Shown here: positions 1-13,619 of the stretch, in pieces
How positions within the stretch are numbered: the first letter of the stretch is position 1
Layout: every line of letters begins with the position of its first letter
Assembly (NCBI RefSeq): GCF_009914755.1
Contig: NC_060933.1
Strand: one strand, 5' to 3'
DNA length: 64,000 bases
DNA from: the human T2T-CHM13v2.0 reference genome, Homo sapiens
Program-made: the position numbers and the translations under genes
Notes under the pieces: generated by a model
Databases searched by the model: none
The model's input: the letters and a program-made list of their open reading frames with translations, nothing else
What the model was told of the DNA's origin: nothing

Positions 1-25
1 CACATATCTCTTAAAATCTCATTGA

Positions 26-141
26 GGCTAGGCACAGTGGTTTATGTCTCTAATTCCAACACTTTGGGAGGCTGAGACAGGAGAATTGCTCAAGCTCTGA
101 AATTGGATACTAGCCTGAGCAATGTAGGGAGACCCTTTCTC
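26..141 (+). mobile_element. Alu left-monomer-like SINE (FLAM type)
   Basis: ggctaggcacagtgg...actttgggaggctgagacaggagaattgct...agcctgagcaatgtagggagaccc; single monomer followed by microsatellite. Confidence 0.8.
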
Positions 142-173
142 TTTCTCTCTCTCTCTCACTTTCTCTCTCTCTC

Positions 174-212
<39 letters not shown>

Positions 213-252
213 ATATGTATGTATGTGTATATGTATATATATGCATACATAT
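135..252. repeat. Compound microsatellite (CT)n-(GT)n-(TA/TATG)n
   Basis: Directly visible; explains ORFs 28..390 and 103..438. Confidence 0.95.
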
Positions 253-420
253 AATTATCATCCTGAAGTTGTGTGGTGGTATCTCATTGTGTTTTTGATT
301 TGTATTTCCCTCATATTTAGTGATGTTGAGCATTTTTTTCATGCGTCTACAAGCAATTTTCCTATCTTCTTTGGAGAATTGTCTAACCAAATATTCTTTT
401 CCATTTTAATTGTTTTTTCC
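253..420 (-). mobile_element. Old L1 fragment (ORF2 3' end)
   Basis: ggtggtatctcattgtgtttttgatttgtatttccct...gatgttgagcatttttttcatg is the antisense of the L1 ORF2 C-terminal region. Confidence 0.8.
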
Positions 421-3189
421 CCCATTCTAGTTCAATAATGGGGGCTTTACTCTTTGAACCAAAACATGAGAATAGGTAAGGAACAGGAGAGATATGATTA
501 AAAACTTTGGTCTCAATCCAGTATGTAAATCCGCTGTTATTCCCTAGGGATTACTATATCATCCTTGAAATAATGGGTAACGAAGACTCTACAGGTTATG
601 GGGAAATGGCAACATCTGGAAGCCCCAGACCCCAATCAGAACAGATGGCTGTTTCCCAAGGGATATAAAAGTAACCGCTTTCCTTAAATAAGCCATCTGT
701 CTGAATAAAATAATTTTCACCAATTAATAAAGGCATGTGAAGGGCTGAGAAATTTCTAAACTCTAAAAATAGGAAGGATGAAAGAACTAAAATTTGCCCA
801 ATTATCAAAAGACACCATTCCAAGATATTTACGTTGAATATAAAATAGGACTTATTTTAGTTGCCCTTTCTGAAACATTCTGTGGACTAGCTGAACTGGT
901 AAAAAAGCAAATCAATATATTAAACTAGTCTGTGATAACAAATTTGACTTACTTTACAGCAATGTATAGGATCATTGATCACCAATACCAAATCAGGTAG
1001 AATAAAGCAGCTCACATGCTCTTGTAATAAAATAAGATCTGACTTGTTAAACTGGTGGTACATTCAGGCAAGTAGGTAATTTTATTATATCTTTGTGTTG
1101 TTTCATTATTCTAATATTGGTTAAGCCCCTACCTACTGCTCATTAGCTGTCTTCCTCAAGTCTAAGCTCCAACCATATCGAAACATTTATAGTTCCACTG
1201 GCCAGACTGTTTTAAACTAACAAGCCCATGTAGATGCTGGTGTCAGCCCTAACAGACCTACAGTTTGACAAATTGGCAAACATTGCTTATCCTCCAGGTT
1301 CTAGCTCAGGCATCTTCTTTGCGAAGAATTATTTTATCACCCAAAAAAGCTGATGGTGTCATCTTAGCTTCCTCACTGTTTCTGATATGCATTAATAGTG
1401 CAGCATACTTCTCACTGAACTTACTCATTGCAAAAGGTTGATTCCCATATCAATGTGTGACTACATAAGGAAACAGACTGTTTCCCACTCATCTCTGATG
1501 AGTAGCCCTGATTTTTGAAAATAGAACTTAAAAACAAAAAGCCTGTTTATGAATAAAACAGATTGAAACTACTAATGACAAATTAAGGCTTAGCTTTAAA
1601 AAATTATATTGATGATTATTTTGATAACCTTTAATTCTTTGTTGCTTAATATAAAAAAGCTAGGAATAAAATTAAGTAGTCTCAATTTTCAAGCAACCAG
1701 CAAAAATATTTAATGTCTGGATACAGAGGTTCTGAGATTTGCAAATCTGATTTTTTGGGTTTAGGATTGGTGTAAATTAAATAGAATTTGCTGTGATCTG
1801 TAACCCAACTTTAAACCTGGAAATTCGTGGGATTCAGAAATGTTGGTTCGGTATCCATACCCATAGCTTTGTATTTCATAGTTTAAAAAAATGCTCCCAA
1901 AGAGACTGATCTAATTTCTTAGTTTTATTAACTATTCTCAAACACACAAAATTGAAAAATCTAATATCCATTTCCTCTGGCTTAGCTGCAAGCTTAAAAT
2001 ATTTCTTCCTCTTCCCCACCCAAGTCTCCTGGGGTCAGACACATAGGGTATAACGATATGCTATAGTCAAAGCTTGCATATCACGGTGAAAGTAACAATG
2101 GTATATACACAACAAAACTCACATTTTTCCCGGCAAAAAAAAAATCATAGAAAGGAATCAGTTCTTGATGAGGTGATCTGGCTGAATCCATAAGCCTGGG
2201 TAGATTTTTAAAAAAGGTTGCTCAGTGCAAGTTTGTTAGTTCTCTATAAATACATAAACATAAATTGTGTATATATATGATGAAGATTGGCTTTCACTTT
2301 TTTCTAGATTATCCTTAACTTTTATCCATTAGTCTCAGTTCTTTCATATTTCCTTACCTCATTTTTTCTCAGTAATTTTCTGAGTAGTGAGACTTTGCTT
2401 TTGGCAGCCCTTAATAATATTGCTTAAGGAAGGAAGTGCTCAGAATGAATTTTATGTTTGCTTATTTTATCCTAGTAGGAAAGTACTTTTGTATCATATT
2501 CCTTGCCTAGTGTCCTTAGTGCTGCATTCTCCCTCAGTTGATGGATTGTTTCCTGTCTGCAATCACTAACCACAGTGTCTTTTAGTCTGGGATCTTGCAC
2601 GTTAACTCAAGCTGTCTCCTTGTCTGGTCCTCTTAATTTAAATGCTTGTCTCCTTGCCTCTCAGTCTAATAGCTCATTTCTTCTCCTCCCTATTACCCAG
2701 CATTGTTTCTCCATCATATCACTTGCAATTTCCAGGATGACATATTTTACTTCAGATCATAGCTCATTTAGTCTTTTCTCCTGCTGGTATGCTAATGGCA
2801 TCTCAAGCTAATCATTAATTTCCACCCTGTGGTTTCAATAATTCCTTCCATGCTAAATCTCGCATAGGAAAATTGTTTTAGATTTGGCACCTTAACTTCA
2901 TCTAAGAAAAAAAATGAACCAGAGAATGCTGAGTCACTGCCAGATGCCCCTCTGGTCAATGGGGGCTCTATTGCTCACCTAGGTAAAGGCTTCTAAAGGG
3001 GGTAGAAAAATAAAAGGCACAGGAGTGACTTTAAATCTGCTGCTTTATGTGTGTTTAAACAATGTCTTTCGGAAATAAATCGGAAACATTCTGTAAAATT
3101 ATTGTTTCTGTGACCCTGCAAATAACTATATGTTATGGGGGTACAAAAGATAAAGCATCAACAGAATTGAAAAAAATAATAAAATGTTA

Positions 3190-3410
3190 GTGCTTGAAGC
3201 ATCTTCTGAGATCAAGTTCAAGCTCTTCATTTTTACAGATGAAAGCACTGAGGTCCATGGAGCTTAAAAGATTTGCCGTGGGTCACACATTCAGTTACAT
3301 GAGGTTTATTAGCAGGAAATACAGGCCCCATGGCTAACGTTAAATTGCAGTGCCTGAGCTAAGAGAATAAACAACTAGCTCCAGATTCTTAGCCAAATCC
3401 ATTTCTCTCT
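3190..3410 (-). mobile_element. MIR SINE relic
   Basis: Core-like ttcatttttacagatgaaagcactgaggtcc...ttgccgtgggtcacac. Confidence 0.7.
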
Positions 3411-4183
3411 TCCTATCTTGAATTCATCTAGGGCACAGCACATGTATGCCTAGGTATTCCCCCTAGGCATACCATCGTGATTCAGTACAACCTACTCAAG
3501 CTCCTTGCACACAGTACCTCCACCATCAGCAAGTAACTACCACTATTGTGACATGGTTTGCCTTTGGAGAACAACCCAGAGAAGAAAAGCAGCAGAATAT
3601 GAAGGCTGGCTCCCAGTCATTAGGCCAGGGAGTCCTAGAGCACTGGGTCATGGAGTCCAGTCTAGAAATGGAGATGCAGGCTCTGGGCGCTCTCTCTCTC
3701 TCTCTCCCCTCACATATTTAGATGATATATTTTGATATAATAAAATTTCCTAGTTTTACTATTTTTTCCTCTCATTGTTTTTGTCTCCGTCTTTCAAAAT
3801 GCTGGATACCCACAAATCTTCCTTCCCCACCACATACACATGGACATGAATGTTGCATTTTATGTTACATTTCATATGTAAGTACAGGACACTAATATAC
3901 TGATAGAAGCTCTGTGTTGGTTGGGGAAAGAAGATTGTCAACTGGTGGCTTTCTATGCAGAAAGATCAAATAGGCAGATGGCAGACCCATCTATTTACTT
4001 GAGGGACTTCTAAATAAGAGCATATATGAATCTTTCCTACTAGGTTTATCCAGTGTCTTCATAGCAGGATCCACCTATCTCATGCTTGGAGTGTATACAT
4101 TTGGGTGCCAGGATTCTAGAATTTTAATCGTGTTCCAGGGGGTTGGAAGTCCTACCATCCCATAACCTGAATTTCACTTAATG

Positions 4184-4205
4184 TTTGTTTTTTTTTTTTT
4201 TTTTT

Positions 4206-4236
<31 letters not shown>
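4184..4236. repeat. Poly-T tract (~53 nt, few G interruptions)
   Basis: Directly visible. Confidence 0.95.
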
Positions 4237-4238
<2 letters not shown>

Positions 4239-4394
4239 GTGCAGCTCTCTCTCATTCTGAAGTGGCCAGTGGCCAGGGTCTTTGATTCAATTTTCTCGGT
4301 TCCTTGGTAAACAACCTATGTTTGGGAACACTTACTGGGATGCATAGAATGAGGAAGCAAACTGGGGATGTATCTATTTCACAGCATACTTTTG

Positions 4395-4687
<293 letters not shown>

Positions 4688-5621
4688 CATACTTTTGATC
4701 AAGTCTTCTGATTTTAACCCCACATGTAATGTACAGTCTCCACTTCCACACATACAGCGCACCTCATAACATCAGTGCCTCTTATTTCTGAATCTTTTCA
4801 AAGTTCTGCAGTTTATTAATACTCTTGCTATTCATTTGCACTGTCCTCTGCAGGCACTTGACAATCAGCTTCCTGAATGTGCTAATGCCTCATCCACATT
4901 CCATTAAAAATTTGTTCATATCTTTTATCCACTATATTTTCCTCTCCTGTTCTCTTTGTAATGGTAAATATGCAATTTGAAAATCTTTGTTTTCATTATT
5001 AAATTTTTAGAAGGCAGCAGAGCATTAGCCTGTTTCCATGCTGACCATCAGATGCCCTCTAAGTGGAATCAGTAGAAGGAGGATTGAATATACATTATTA
5101 ATTATTTTGTGGCTTACAGAGTCACAGAAAAGGCTAGATAAGCAGCTCTTGATGAGCTCCCTGAGCAACACTGCTGAACAAGACCACTGAGGAAGATGCT
5201 AAGTCTGTGATGTTTGGGATACTACAGACTTTTGAAACCACCATCATTATTGCTGACTCCAGGACCACACTGTCTGCCATGAACTGGTCCAAGAAAATAT
5301 TTTCCCCATCTCTCTGCACAGCCATGAAACTAGGTTCTTGAATTTGGATTCTGATACAGCTCATACAGACCATGCTTACTAGCGGGAGCTTATCTTTGCT
5401 TTGTTTTTTTTGTTTTGTTTTTTGTTTTTTTGCCTTTGAATTCCAATGCTGGTAATTTTGGGATGTTTTAATCTAGATAATAATCTAAACTGTAATGAAG
5501 TCTTGGAAATTTGGCTTTTAGCTTGCCATTTACTAACGTGCAGTGAGGAATATTGCAAGGTTATTGGAATGGAATTGAATGAGCTATTTTCCACATTTCT
5601 GTTTAACAGAAATTTTTTTAC

Positions 5622-7827
5622 TGATATGGCTTGGCTGTATTCTCACCCAAATCTCACATTGAATTGTAATAATCTCCACTTTTCAATGATGGGGCCAGGT
5701 GGAGTTAATTGAATCATGGGGACTATTTTCCTCATACTGTTCTCCTGGTAGTGAATTATTCTCATGAGATCTGATGGTTTTATAAATGGAAGTTCCCCTG
5801 CACAAGCTCTCTTGCCTGCTGCCGTGTAAGATGTGTCTTTTCCTCTCCTCTGCCTTCTGCCATGATTATGAGGCTTCCTGAGCCATGTGGACTGTGAGTC
5901 CATTAAATGTCTTTTCTTTATGAATTAACCAGTCTGAAGTATGTCTTCATTAGTATCATGAGAACGGACTAATACAGTAAACTGATATTGCAGAAACTGG
6001 GGTGCTACTGTAAAGATATCAGAAAATGTGGAAGTAACTTCGGAACTGTGTAACAGGCAGAGGTTGGAACAATTTGCAGGGCTCAGAAGAAGACAGGAAA
6101 ATGTGGAAAATTTCAAAACTTCCAAGATACTTGCAGCACTCAGAAGACAGAAAGATGTGGGAAAGTTTGGAATGTCCTAGAAACTTCTTGAATGGTTTTG
6201 TCCAAAATGCTGATAGTGACAGGGACAATAAATCCCAGGCCAAGGTGACTCAGAGATGAGGAACTTTTTTGGGAATTGGAGTAAGGTTACTCTTGCTATG
6301 CAAAGAGACTGGTGGCATTTTGTCCCTGCCATAGAAATCTGTGGAACTTTGAACTTGAGAGTGATGATTTAAGGTATCTGGTAGAAGAAATTTCTAAGCA
6401 GCAAAGCATTCAAGAGAAAGCAGAGCATAAAAGTTTGAAAAATTTGCAGCCTGATGATGCAATAGAAAAGAAAAAACCCATTTTCTGGGGAGAAATTCAA
6501 GCCTGCTGCAGAAATTTGTGTAAGTAACAAGGAGTGGAATGTTAATCACCAAGACAACAGGGAAAATGTCTCCAGAGCATGTAAGAGACATTCACAGCAG
6601 CCCCACCTATCATAGGCCCAGAGGCCTAGGAGCTAAAAATGGTTTCATGTGGCAGGCCCAAGGCCACCTTGCTGTGTACAGCCCAGGGACTTGGTTCCCT
6701 GCATCCCAGCAGCTCCAGCCATGGCTAAAAGAGGCCAAGGTATGGCTCAGGCAGTTATTTCAGAGGGTGAAAGCCCCAAGTCTTGGCAGCTTCCACATGG
6801 TGTTGAGCCTGCAAGGCACAGAAGTCAAGAATTGAAGTTTGGGAACCTCCACCCTAGATTTCAGAGGATGTATGGAAATGTTTGGATGTCCAGGCAGAAG
6901 TTTGCTACAGGAGCAGGGAGAACCTCTCATGGAGAACCTCTGCTATGGCAGTGCAGAAGGGAAATGTGGGGTTGTAGCCCCCACACAGAGTCCCCACTGG
7001 GGCACTGCCTAGTGGAAATGTGCAAAGAGAGCCAATGTTCTCCAGACCTCAGAATGGTTGATCCACTGACAGCTTGCACCATGTGCCTGAAATAGCCACA
7101 GACATTCAATGCCAGCCCAAGAAAGCAGCTGGGAGGGAGGCTATACACTGCAAAAACATGGAGCAGAGCTATCCAAGACCATGGGAATCCACCTCTTGCG
7201 TCAGCATGACTTGAATGTAAGACATGAAGTCAAAGGAGATTATTTTGAAACTTTAAGGTTTAATGACTACCCTATTGGATTTCAGACTTTCAAGGGGCCT
7301 ATATAGCCCCTTTATTTTGGCCAATTCCTCCCATTTGGGAGGAGTATATTTACTCAATGCCTGTACCCTCATTGTGTCTAGGAAGTAACTAACTTACTTT
7401 TGATTTTACAGGCTCATAGGGAGAAGAGATTTGCCTTGTCTCAGTTGAAACTTTGGACTGCAGACATTTGAATTAATTGTGAAAGGAATTAAGACTTTAC
7501 GGGACTGTTGGGAAGTCATTATTGGTTTTGAAATGTGAGGACATGAGATTTGGGCGGGTGGACATAATTGAATCATGGGGGGTTTCCTCCTTACTTTTCT
7601 CATGGGCATGAATAAATCTCATGAGATCTGATGGTTTTATAGATGGGAGTTCCCCTGCACAAACTCTCTTGCCTGCCACCATGTAATATGTCCCTTCCTT
7701 CATCTCCTGCCATGATTATGAGGCCTCCCCAGCCATGTGGAACTGTGAGTCCACTAAACCTCTTTCCTTTATAAGTTACCCAGTCTTGGGTATGTCTTTA
7801 TTAGTAGCACAAGAACAGACAAATACA
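5622..7827 (+). mobile_element. THE1 (THE1C/D-like) MaLR element: 5' LTR 5622-5976, internal 5977-~7551, 5'-truncated 3' LTR ~7552-7827
   Basis: LTR tgatatggcttggctgt...ggactaataca; second LTR copy ends gacaaataca; ORFs 6074-7306 are MaLR-internal peptides. Confidence 0.93.
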
Positions 7828-7866
7828 CTCACTATATATTTTCTATAGATTCAGATGTGTAAATAT

Positions 7867-8060
7867 CAATGGTCCTCAACTAGGGGCAGTTTTTCCCCTG
7901 GGGACATTTGTCCACATTTTTGAGTGTCGCAACTGGGATTTAATATTGGCTTCTAATAGGCAAGGAAGTTACTAAACACACTACAATGTACCAGACAGCC
8001 TCCAATAACAAAAAATTATCTGGTCCAAAATATCAATGGTAGTGAACTTAAGAAACCCTA
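7867..8060 (+). mobile_element. MER20 hAT-Charlie DNA transposon relic
   Basis: Termini caatggtcctcaac ... ttaagaaacccta; internal ggggacatttg, ctaaacacactacaatgtaccagacagcc. Confidence 0.8.
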
Positions 8061-8069
8061 ATATAGGTT

Positions 8070-9430
8070 GATGATTGTTTTTCTTCTCTCAACACTTTCA
8101 ATATTCTCTACTCTTCAACTGCATCTTTCCTGAGGAAAAGTCAGAAGTAATTTATATTTTTGTTTTTCGTTTGTTTTTTTTTTTAATCCCACTTAGTTTT
8201 CTCTGAGCTACCTGGATCTGTGGTTTGGTGTCTGACAGTATTGGGGAAAATTCTCAGTCATTATTGCTTCAAATATTGCTTCTTTCAGTTTTCTTCTTAG
8301 ATTCCCATTACACATATATTAACTTTTTACAGCTGTCCCACAGTTCTTGAATATTGTTTTTGTCAGTCGTTTTTCAGTTTTGAAATTTTCCATTCCTATA
8401 TCTGCAAGCTCAGAGATTCTATCCTCAGCCATGTCCAGTCTACTACTGAGCCTACAAGAAACATTCTACATTTCTGTTGCAGTGCTTTGATCTCTAACCC
8501 TTCCTTTCAATTCATTCATATAATTTGCATCTCTCTGCTTACCCTTTTCCATCTCTTTTTGCACGTCATCTACTTTTCACATTAATGCCCTTAGCATATT
8601 ATAATAGGTTTTACTTTTTACATTCCTAATCTGATTAATCCGAACATTCCTTCTATATCTGATTCTGATTTTGATGCTTGTTTAGTCTCTTCAAATTGTG
8701 TTTTCTTGCTTTCTCATATGCTGTGTAATTTTTTGTTGAAATTCAGACAAGATGTACTGGCTAAAAGGAAACGCAGTAAACAGGCCATTAAGTGATGTGG
8801 TGGTAAGGTATGGAGGGAGCAACAGCATTTTATAGTCAAATGATTAGGTGTCGGCCTTTTCGTGAGCCCGTGCCCCTGGACTATGAACTTTATCAGTAGT
8901 TCTCAGTTCCCCCATCCCTCTTAAATGGGACAGGGAGGCTAGAAGGAATTAAGCATTTCCCTTTCCCTAGGTAGGTTAGGCTTCCACAAAACAGTTTCTC
9001 CTGAAGACAGGAAGAACAGAATGCTGTGACTCATTCCAAATTGGCTTATTTTCCCTTTTCCCTGCCTGAAGCACAAGAAGATTTTTCTCTCATCTTCATG
9101 GTCAGAACTTGGCCACACCCTTAAAGGTAAAACTCACAAGTGTGAGGGTCCTGCTGTGACTGGATCACTCCCCTTGAGTTTAACTCTCAGACTTGTCCAC
9201 ATCCAGCCTCCAGCAATTTATAATTGCTATTCAGGTTTTCCTACACCAACTGTGGTTCCCTTAGAGGTTTCTGCTCATGGGACTCTTTTCCAGTCAATTG
9301 TAATTGTCTGTATCTGCCTGTCCGTCTTTCCAATTTTTGAGGCAGGGTTTGATTTTTTCAATTTATTTTTTAGGATCCAGTGGTTACTTCTCAGCTCCTT
9401 GTAAGTTGGACTGGAAACCAAAAGTCCAGA
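8070..9430 (-). mobile_element. Old L1 (L1MC/MD-like) 5' UTR/ORF1 fragment
   Basis: ctggatctgtggtttggtgtctgac...gggaaaattctcagtcattattgcttcaaatatt and cagccatgtccagtctact resemble antisense L1M ORF1. Confidence 0.7.
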
Positions 9431-10599
9431 ATCCCTAATATATGCAAATCCATGTAAAATAAATAACTGGTAACTATGATTATCTCTGGGGAATGGAGGT
9501 AAACACTTGATTTCAGACTGAAGAGTAAGGAGACTTTAGTCATTATTGTACTGTATTGTATTCATTTCACAGCATTTATAGAACAGTGTAAAGACTGATA
9601 AAAATCATAAAACATAATGAACAGAAACCAAAGTGTCTTGAAAGGATAAAGCGACTTGGAAACAAAAAAGATAGAGATATTCAAAATGAAACATCTGTCT
9701 TTCCTTTGAAGGTACTTTTTCTTAAATATTTTAATCAGTGTTACAGTCCACACTATTATTTCAGCAATAAGTCTAAGTGCCTTTCTTAACTTCCATCTCT
9801 TTCTCTTCCTCCACACCTAACCCGTGATTAACTACAATACATTGTAATGGTGAAAATACTTTGATTCATCATTCCCTCTTCATTTTCATTCATCTTTCTT
9901 AACATATTATTTATTTGCTCGATCAGAACTATTGCAACTGTTTTATTATGACTTCCCTTGCCTTCAAAACTTCTGTTCTCCTTGTAACTTTCCACACATG
10001 TGTTGTCATTTACAATTTCCCTTCATAAAGACCTCAGTTTTTTCTCTCATTGTTATTGTTATATATAGAATGATAAAGCCAGCACTTAGACATCAGTCTC
10101 AGTTCCCATGTCCAAGGCAGGTATCTGTGATTGCTAACAGTAATATTTCTAGCTGATCCTAACTATGACCTCAGCCTTCCTCCTAACATTATAATCCATG
10201 TAGCCACTACAAATTGACTGAAGTCTTTATGAAGATGAAACCTATTGTGTTGTCTTTTTTAACCAGAGAACTGCTACATTTCTAATAGGTATTTATCACT
10301 CAGTGGATATTTTCATATTCAGGAACAACATGAGAGGTCATTTGAGACTTAAAGAATGGAGTTAGATATTTAGGAATAACTCGTAACTGAGTGTTCTTTC
10401 AAGATACTTTACTGTGATTGTGCAACTCCAACAATTTAAGTCACAAGGCCTGACTAGTAACTAACCATATTCTGTTTTTCTTATTTTCCTAAAATATAGT
10501 TTGATGGAAGCTGACATTTAAGGGACAGCCTTATAAGTACTACTGTTAATAAACCATAGGATGGTACCTAAATGTAAGTGGACACTGCTAAATGGAAAA

Positions 10600-11130
10600 C
10601 AAAAAATAAAGAGATAGTTCCAGGATATGGCAATCAGGAGAGCAATTAGGGAAAATTTTAAAAAAAGTAATAGAAAAGAGAAATGAAGAACTTTGATTTT
10701 GGACAAGTTTAAATGAAAGAGATGGCAAGACAAAGTGAAGGAGATTATTTCAGAATAAGTCAAATGACCACAGATAATTAGCTGTGGTTTGTCATAGGGA
10801 TGGACAAATAAATTTGGGTTTTAACAAGAATGCGAAAATGTCATCAAACTGACATTGAATAAAATGAGTAGCAGGAAAGAATACAAAGAGCAGAGGAAAA
10901 GATACATAACATTGAGTCAGGATTCTTAATGGAAACTTAATTTCTAAACACAGGCGAGAAAAAAATGAGTTAGCAATGTGAAGAGACTAAAGGGCCTACA
11001 AAGAGAATAAGAGAAGTAATATGAAGAAGCTGGACTTAGAGAAACTGAAACGAGAATATTGGGTATTATGAGGAAATTATCCAATACTTTCAGGAGAAAG
11101 ATGAATTATCAAAACAGAAGAAGGTTTCTT
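10600..11130 (-). mobile_element. Probable L2 relic
   Basis: Degenerate purine-rich L2-like sequence (gagaaaaaaatgagttagcaatgtgaagagact...). Confidence 0.4.
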
Positions 11131-12906
11131 CAATAATACATTTAAATTAATTTTATGTGTTTCAATTTCTGAATTTTCTGTAGATTCTGAGGAAAACATT
11201 TTTCAATTTGAATAACATTTTTGGAAAAAAAAGTCATACTTTTAGTATTTTTAAAAATGTTTTGCCATATCATAGGACCAATAAGAAAGAGATTTCTTTC
11301 CATAAGCTGTAGATATGACATTTGAACCTAAAGTAACTGCCAGTCATCAATGCCATAGCCAGATGCAGAATCAGCACCCAACAGACCAGTACTATCTTTG
11401 AATGAAGTATCCGTGTTCACCTTTCACAATGTTAATGGATCTAGACTCATGAGATTCTTCAGCCTAACCTAGCCCTGCAATTCATTCAACTGTTACTACT
11501 TTTAAAGATTTCATGAGGAAAAGTTAAAATTTCCCAAAGTACAACAGCATAATGATTTTGAAACCCTATCTGCTGAGAGTTGATGGCCCAATAGTTAAGG
11601 TTCAATTAACCCAATTAGAGTCTGTGTATTCCTTTCAAGAAACCAGAGACAGTTGTGTACTTAAGCAAGTACACTAGTGTGTATCTATTTTTTTATTCCA
11701 ACATTTCACACCATGTATATTCATGTTTCTATTTTAACTTTCATAGAACTTTTCAGTAGTATAAGTTAGATAAAAGCAAGAGTGATTACTCAGAGCTTCA
11801 TGAAGACGGAATCATCTAAAACTTATATTTGTGCTAAAATGATAGGGAGCATATGGCATAAACAATCAAAGAGAAAAAAACTGCATTTCAAAGCCTAGTA
11901 GATTTAGATATCACCCAACTAAAATTAGTATTAGCAGTACCATGTAATTTTTATATGCATATAGATCTTTATAAGTTCTATAAGAAGTTTGTGTATTTTC
12001 AAATGAGAAAAATAAGTAATCCAAGAGAAAAATAATTACTTTCAATGAAATAATAGGATCTGATGAAAGATCACAGCAACATGAAAGCTTAGACTTAAGG
12101 CAGGAAATAACTGGACTTCTAGTACTGTCTCCTTGACAGTCAATTGTTTGGTTTTAATAGCTGGCACAGCCCCAGCAATTTACATTAGAAAAGGCAAATT
12201 ATCCTTCTGTGGTATTTCCTATAATCTAGTAGTTCATTATCAAATAACACACACCCTTATTGGATTACCATGAGTAGCCATAATATTTTGTTTTCTTTGA
12301 GTTGTGATGTTGGAAGGTGAGAATGATAATTGTATTTTTGTATGGAACTTAGCTTAGGTACATATCTGCATTTTTATAGATTAAACTATCATATATATCA
12401 GTCCCCAAAAAAGTAAAATGAACTAAGAAAGTTTATACAATGACCCAAAAAATATTATCCTAAAAACACAGAAAATGTTGGTATCATTTTTCTAGATCAC
12501 AAAATTTAACCACCTATTTTATTAATGTTTACAATACTTCTTTCTGAAGCATGTTTTAGTAATGCCTCCTAAATTAGCTAGAACTATCAAATTTAATTCC
12601 AAAATTAATATCAAATCAAATTATCTTCATGTCCACTATCACTAACCAAGGAACAACTCCATAATGACAGCTATCGAAGAACAATCATATAGTAAAGTCA
12701 ATTGATGCAGAAAAAAAGCATCTGAAAAAAATCTAATACCTATGCATCATAAAAGCTCACAGCAAATTAAGGTTAGAAGGACATTAAAGTTTACTTAATG
12801 AAAAACATCTCCAAAAACTTACTGCTGACATCACACTAATTGTGAAAGGCAACACTTTCACTGTAAGAACATGAATATGGCAAGAATGTCTGCTCTCATC
12901 ATAATA

Positions 12907-13124
12907 TTGGGAGTTGAACGATGAGAACACATGGACACAGGGAGGGGAACATCACATACCGGGGCCTGTTGGAGGGAGAGAAATAGGACCTAATGCACCC
13001 AATGCATGCAGGGCTTAAAACCTAGATGACGAGTTGATAGGTGCAGCAAACCACCATGGCACATGTATACTTACATAACAAACCTGCACATTCAGCACAT
13101 GTGTCCTGGAACTTATAATAGTAA
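12907..13124 (+). mobile_element. 5'-truncated L1PA (PA7/8-like) 3' UTR nested in older L1
   Basis: gggagttgaacgatgagaacacatggacacagggaggggaacatc...aaacctagatgac...aacctgcacattc; flanked by ataata repeats. Confidence 0.88.
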
Positions 13125-13619
13125 TAATAATGGAACCTCTAGCCACTGCAATAAAGGAAAATAAAGAAATAAAAGTTAAAAATAGAAAACCTTGGAAAGG
13201 ATGAAAGAAAACTGTTCCTGTTTGCAGATGACATGATTCTCTACCTAGCAACTCTACAGGGATCTATACAAAATAGCATTCCTAGAATGAAGAACTGAAT
13301 TCAGCAAGCCTGCAGGATATATGATCAAAATAGACAAATCACAGCACTAGCATAGTTAAAATCACCTTGAAAAGGAATAATAAAGTAAGGGTTATCACTA
13401 ACAGATATTAAATCTTACTATATAGCCAAAGCAATCAAGACTAAGGTATTGGCAGATCACAGACACAGATTAATGGGACAGAATGAAGAACACAGAAAAT
13501 AAACCAGACCAACAAAAATATGCTCAGCTGATTTTTGATAATGGTGTAAAAGCTACTGAATGGAAGAAAGTTTTTCAAATAATGGTGCTGGAAGAATGGA
13601 ACATCTATAAACACATGAA

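Noticed and set aside
28-438. 120-aa and 111-aa ORFs
   Set aside because: Read-through of microsatellite plus Alu/L1 sequence.
3444-3472. Perfect 11-bp hairpin gtatgcctagg-tattccc-cctaggcatac
   Set aside because: A stem of this length is not unexpected by chance in 64 kb, and no larger structure or RNA gene signature is present.
6072-6190. ~55-nt tandem duplication in the THE1 internal region
   Set aside because: I recall this duplication as a feature of THE1 internal consensus sequences, not locus-specific.
6074-7703. Cluster of overlapping ORFs
   Set aside because: All lie within THE1 internal/LTR sequence and are fragmented.
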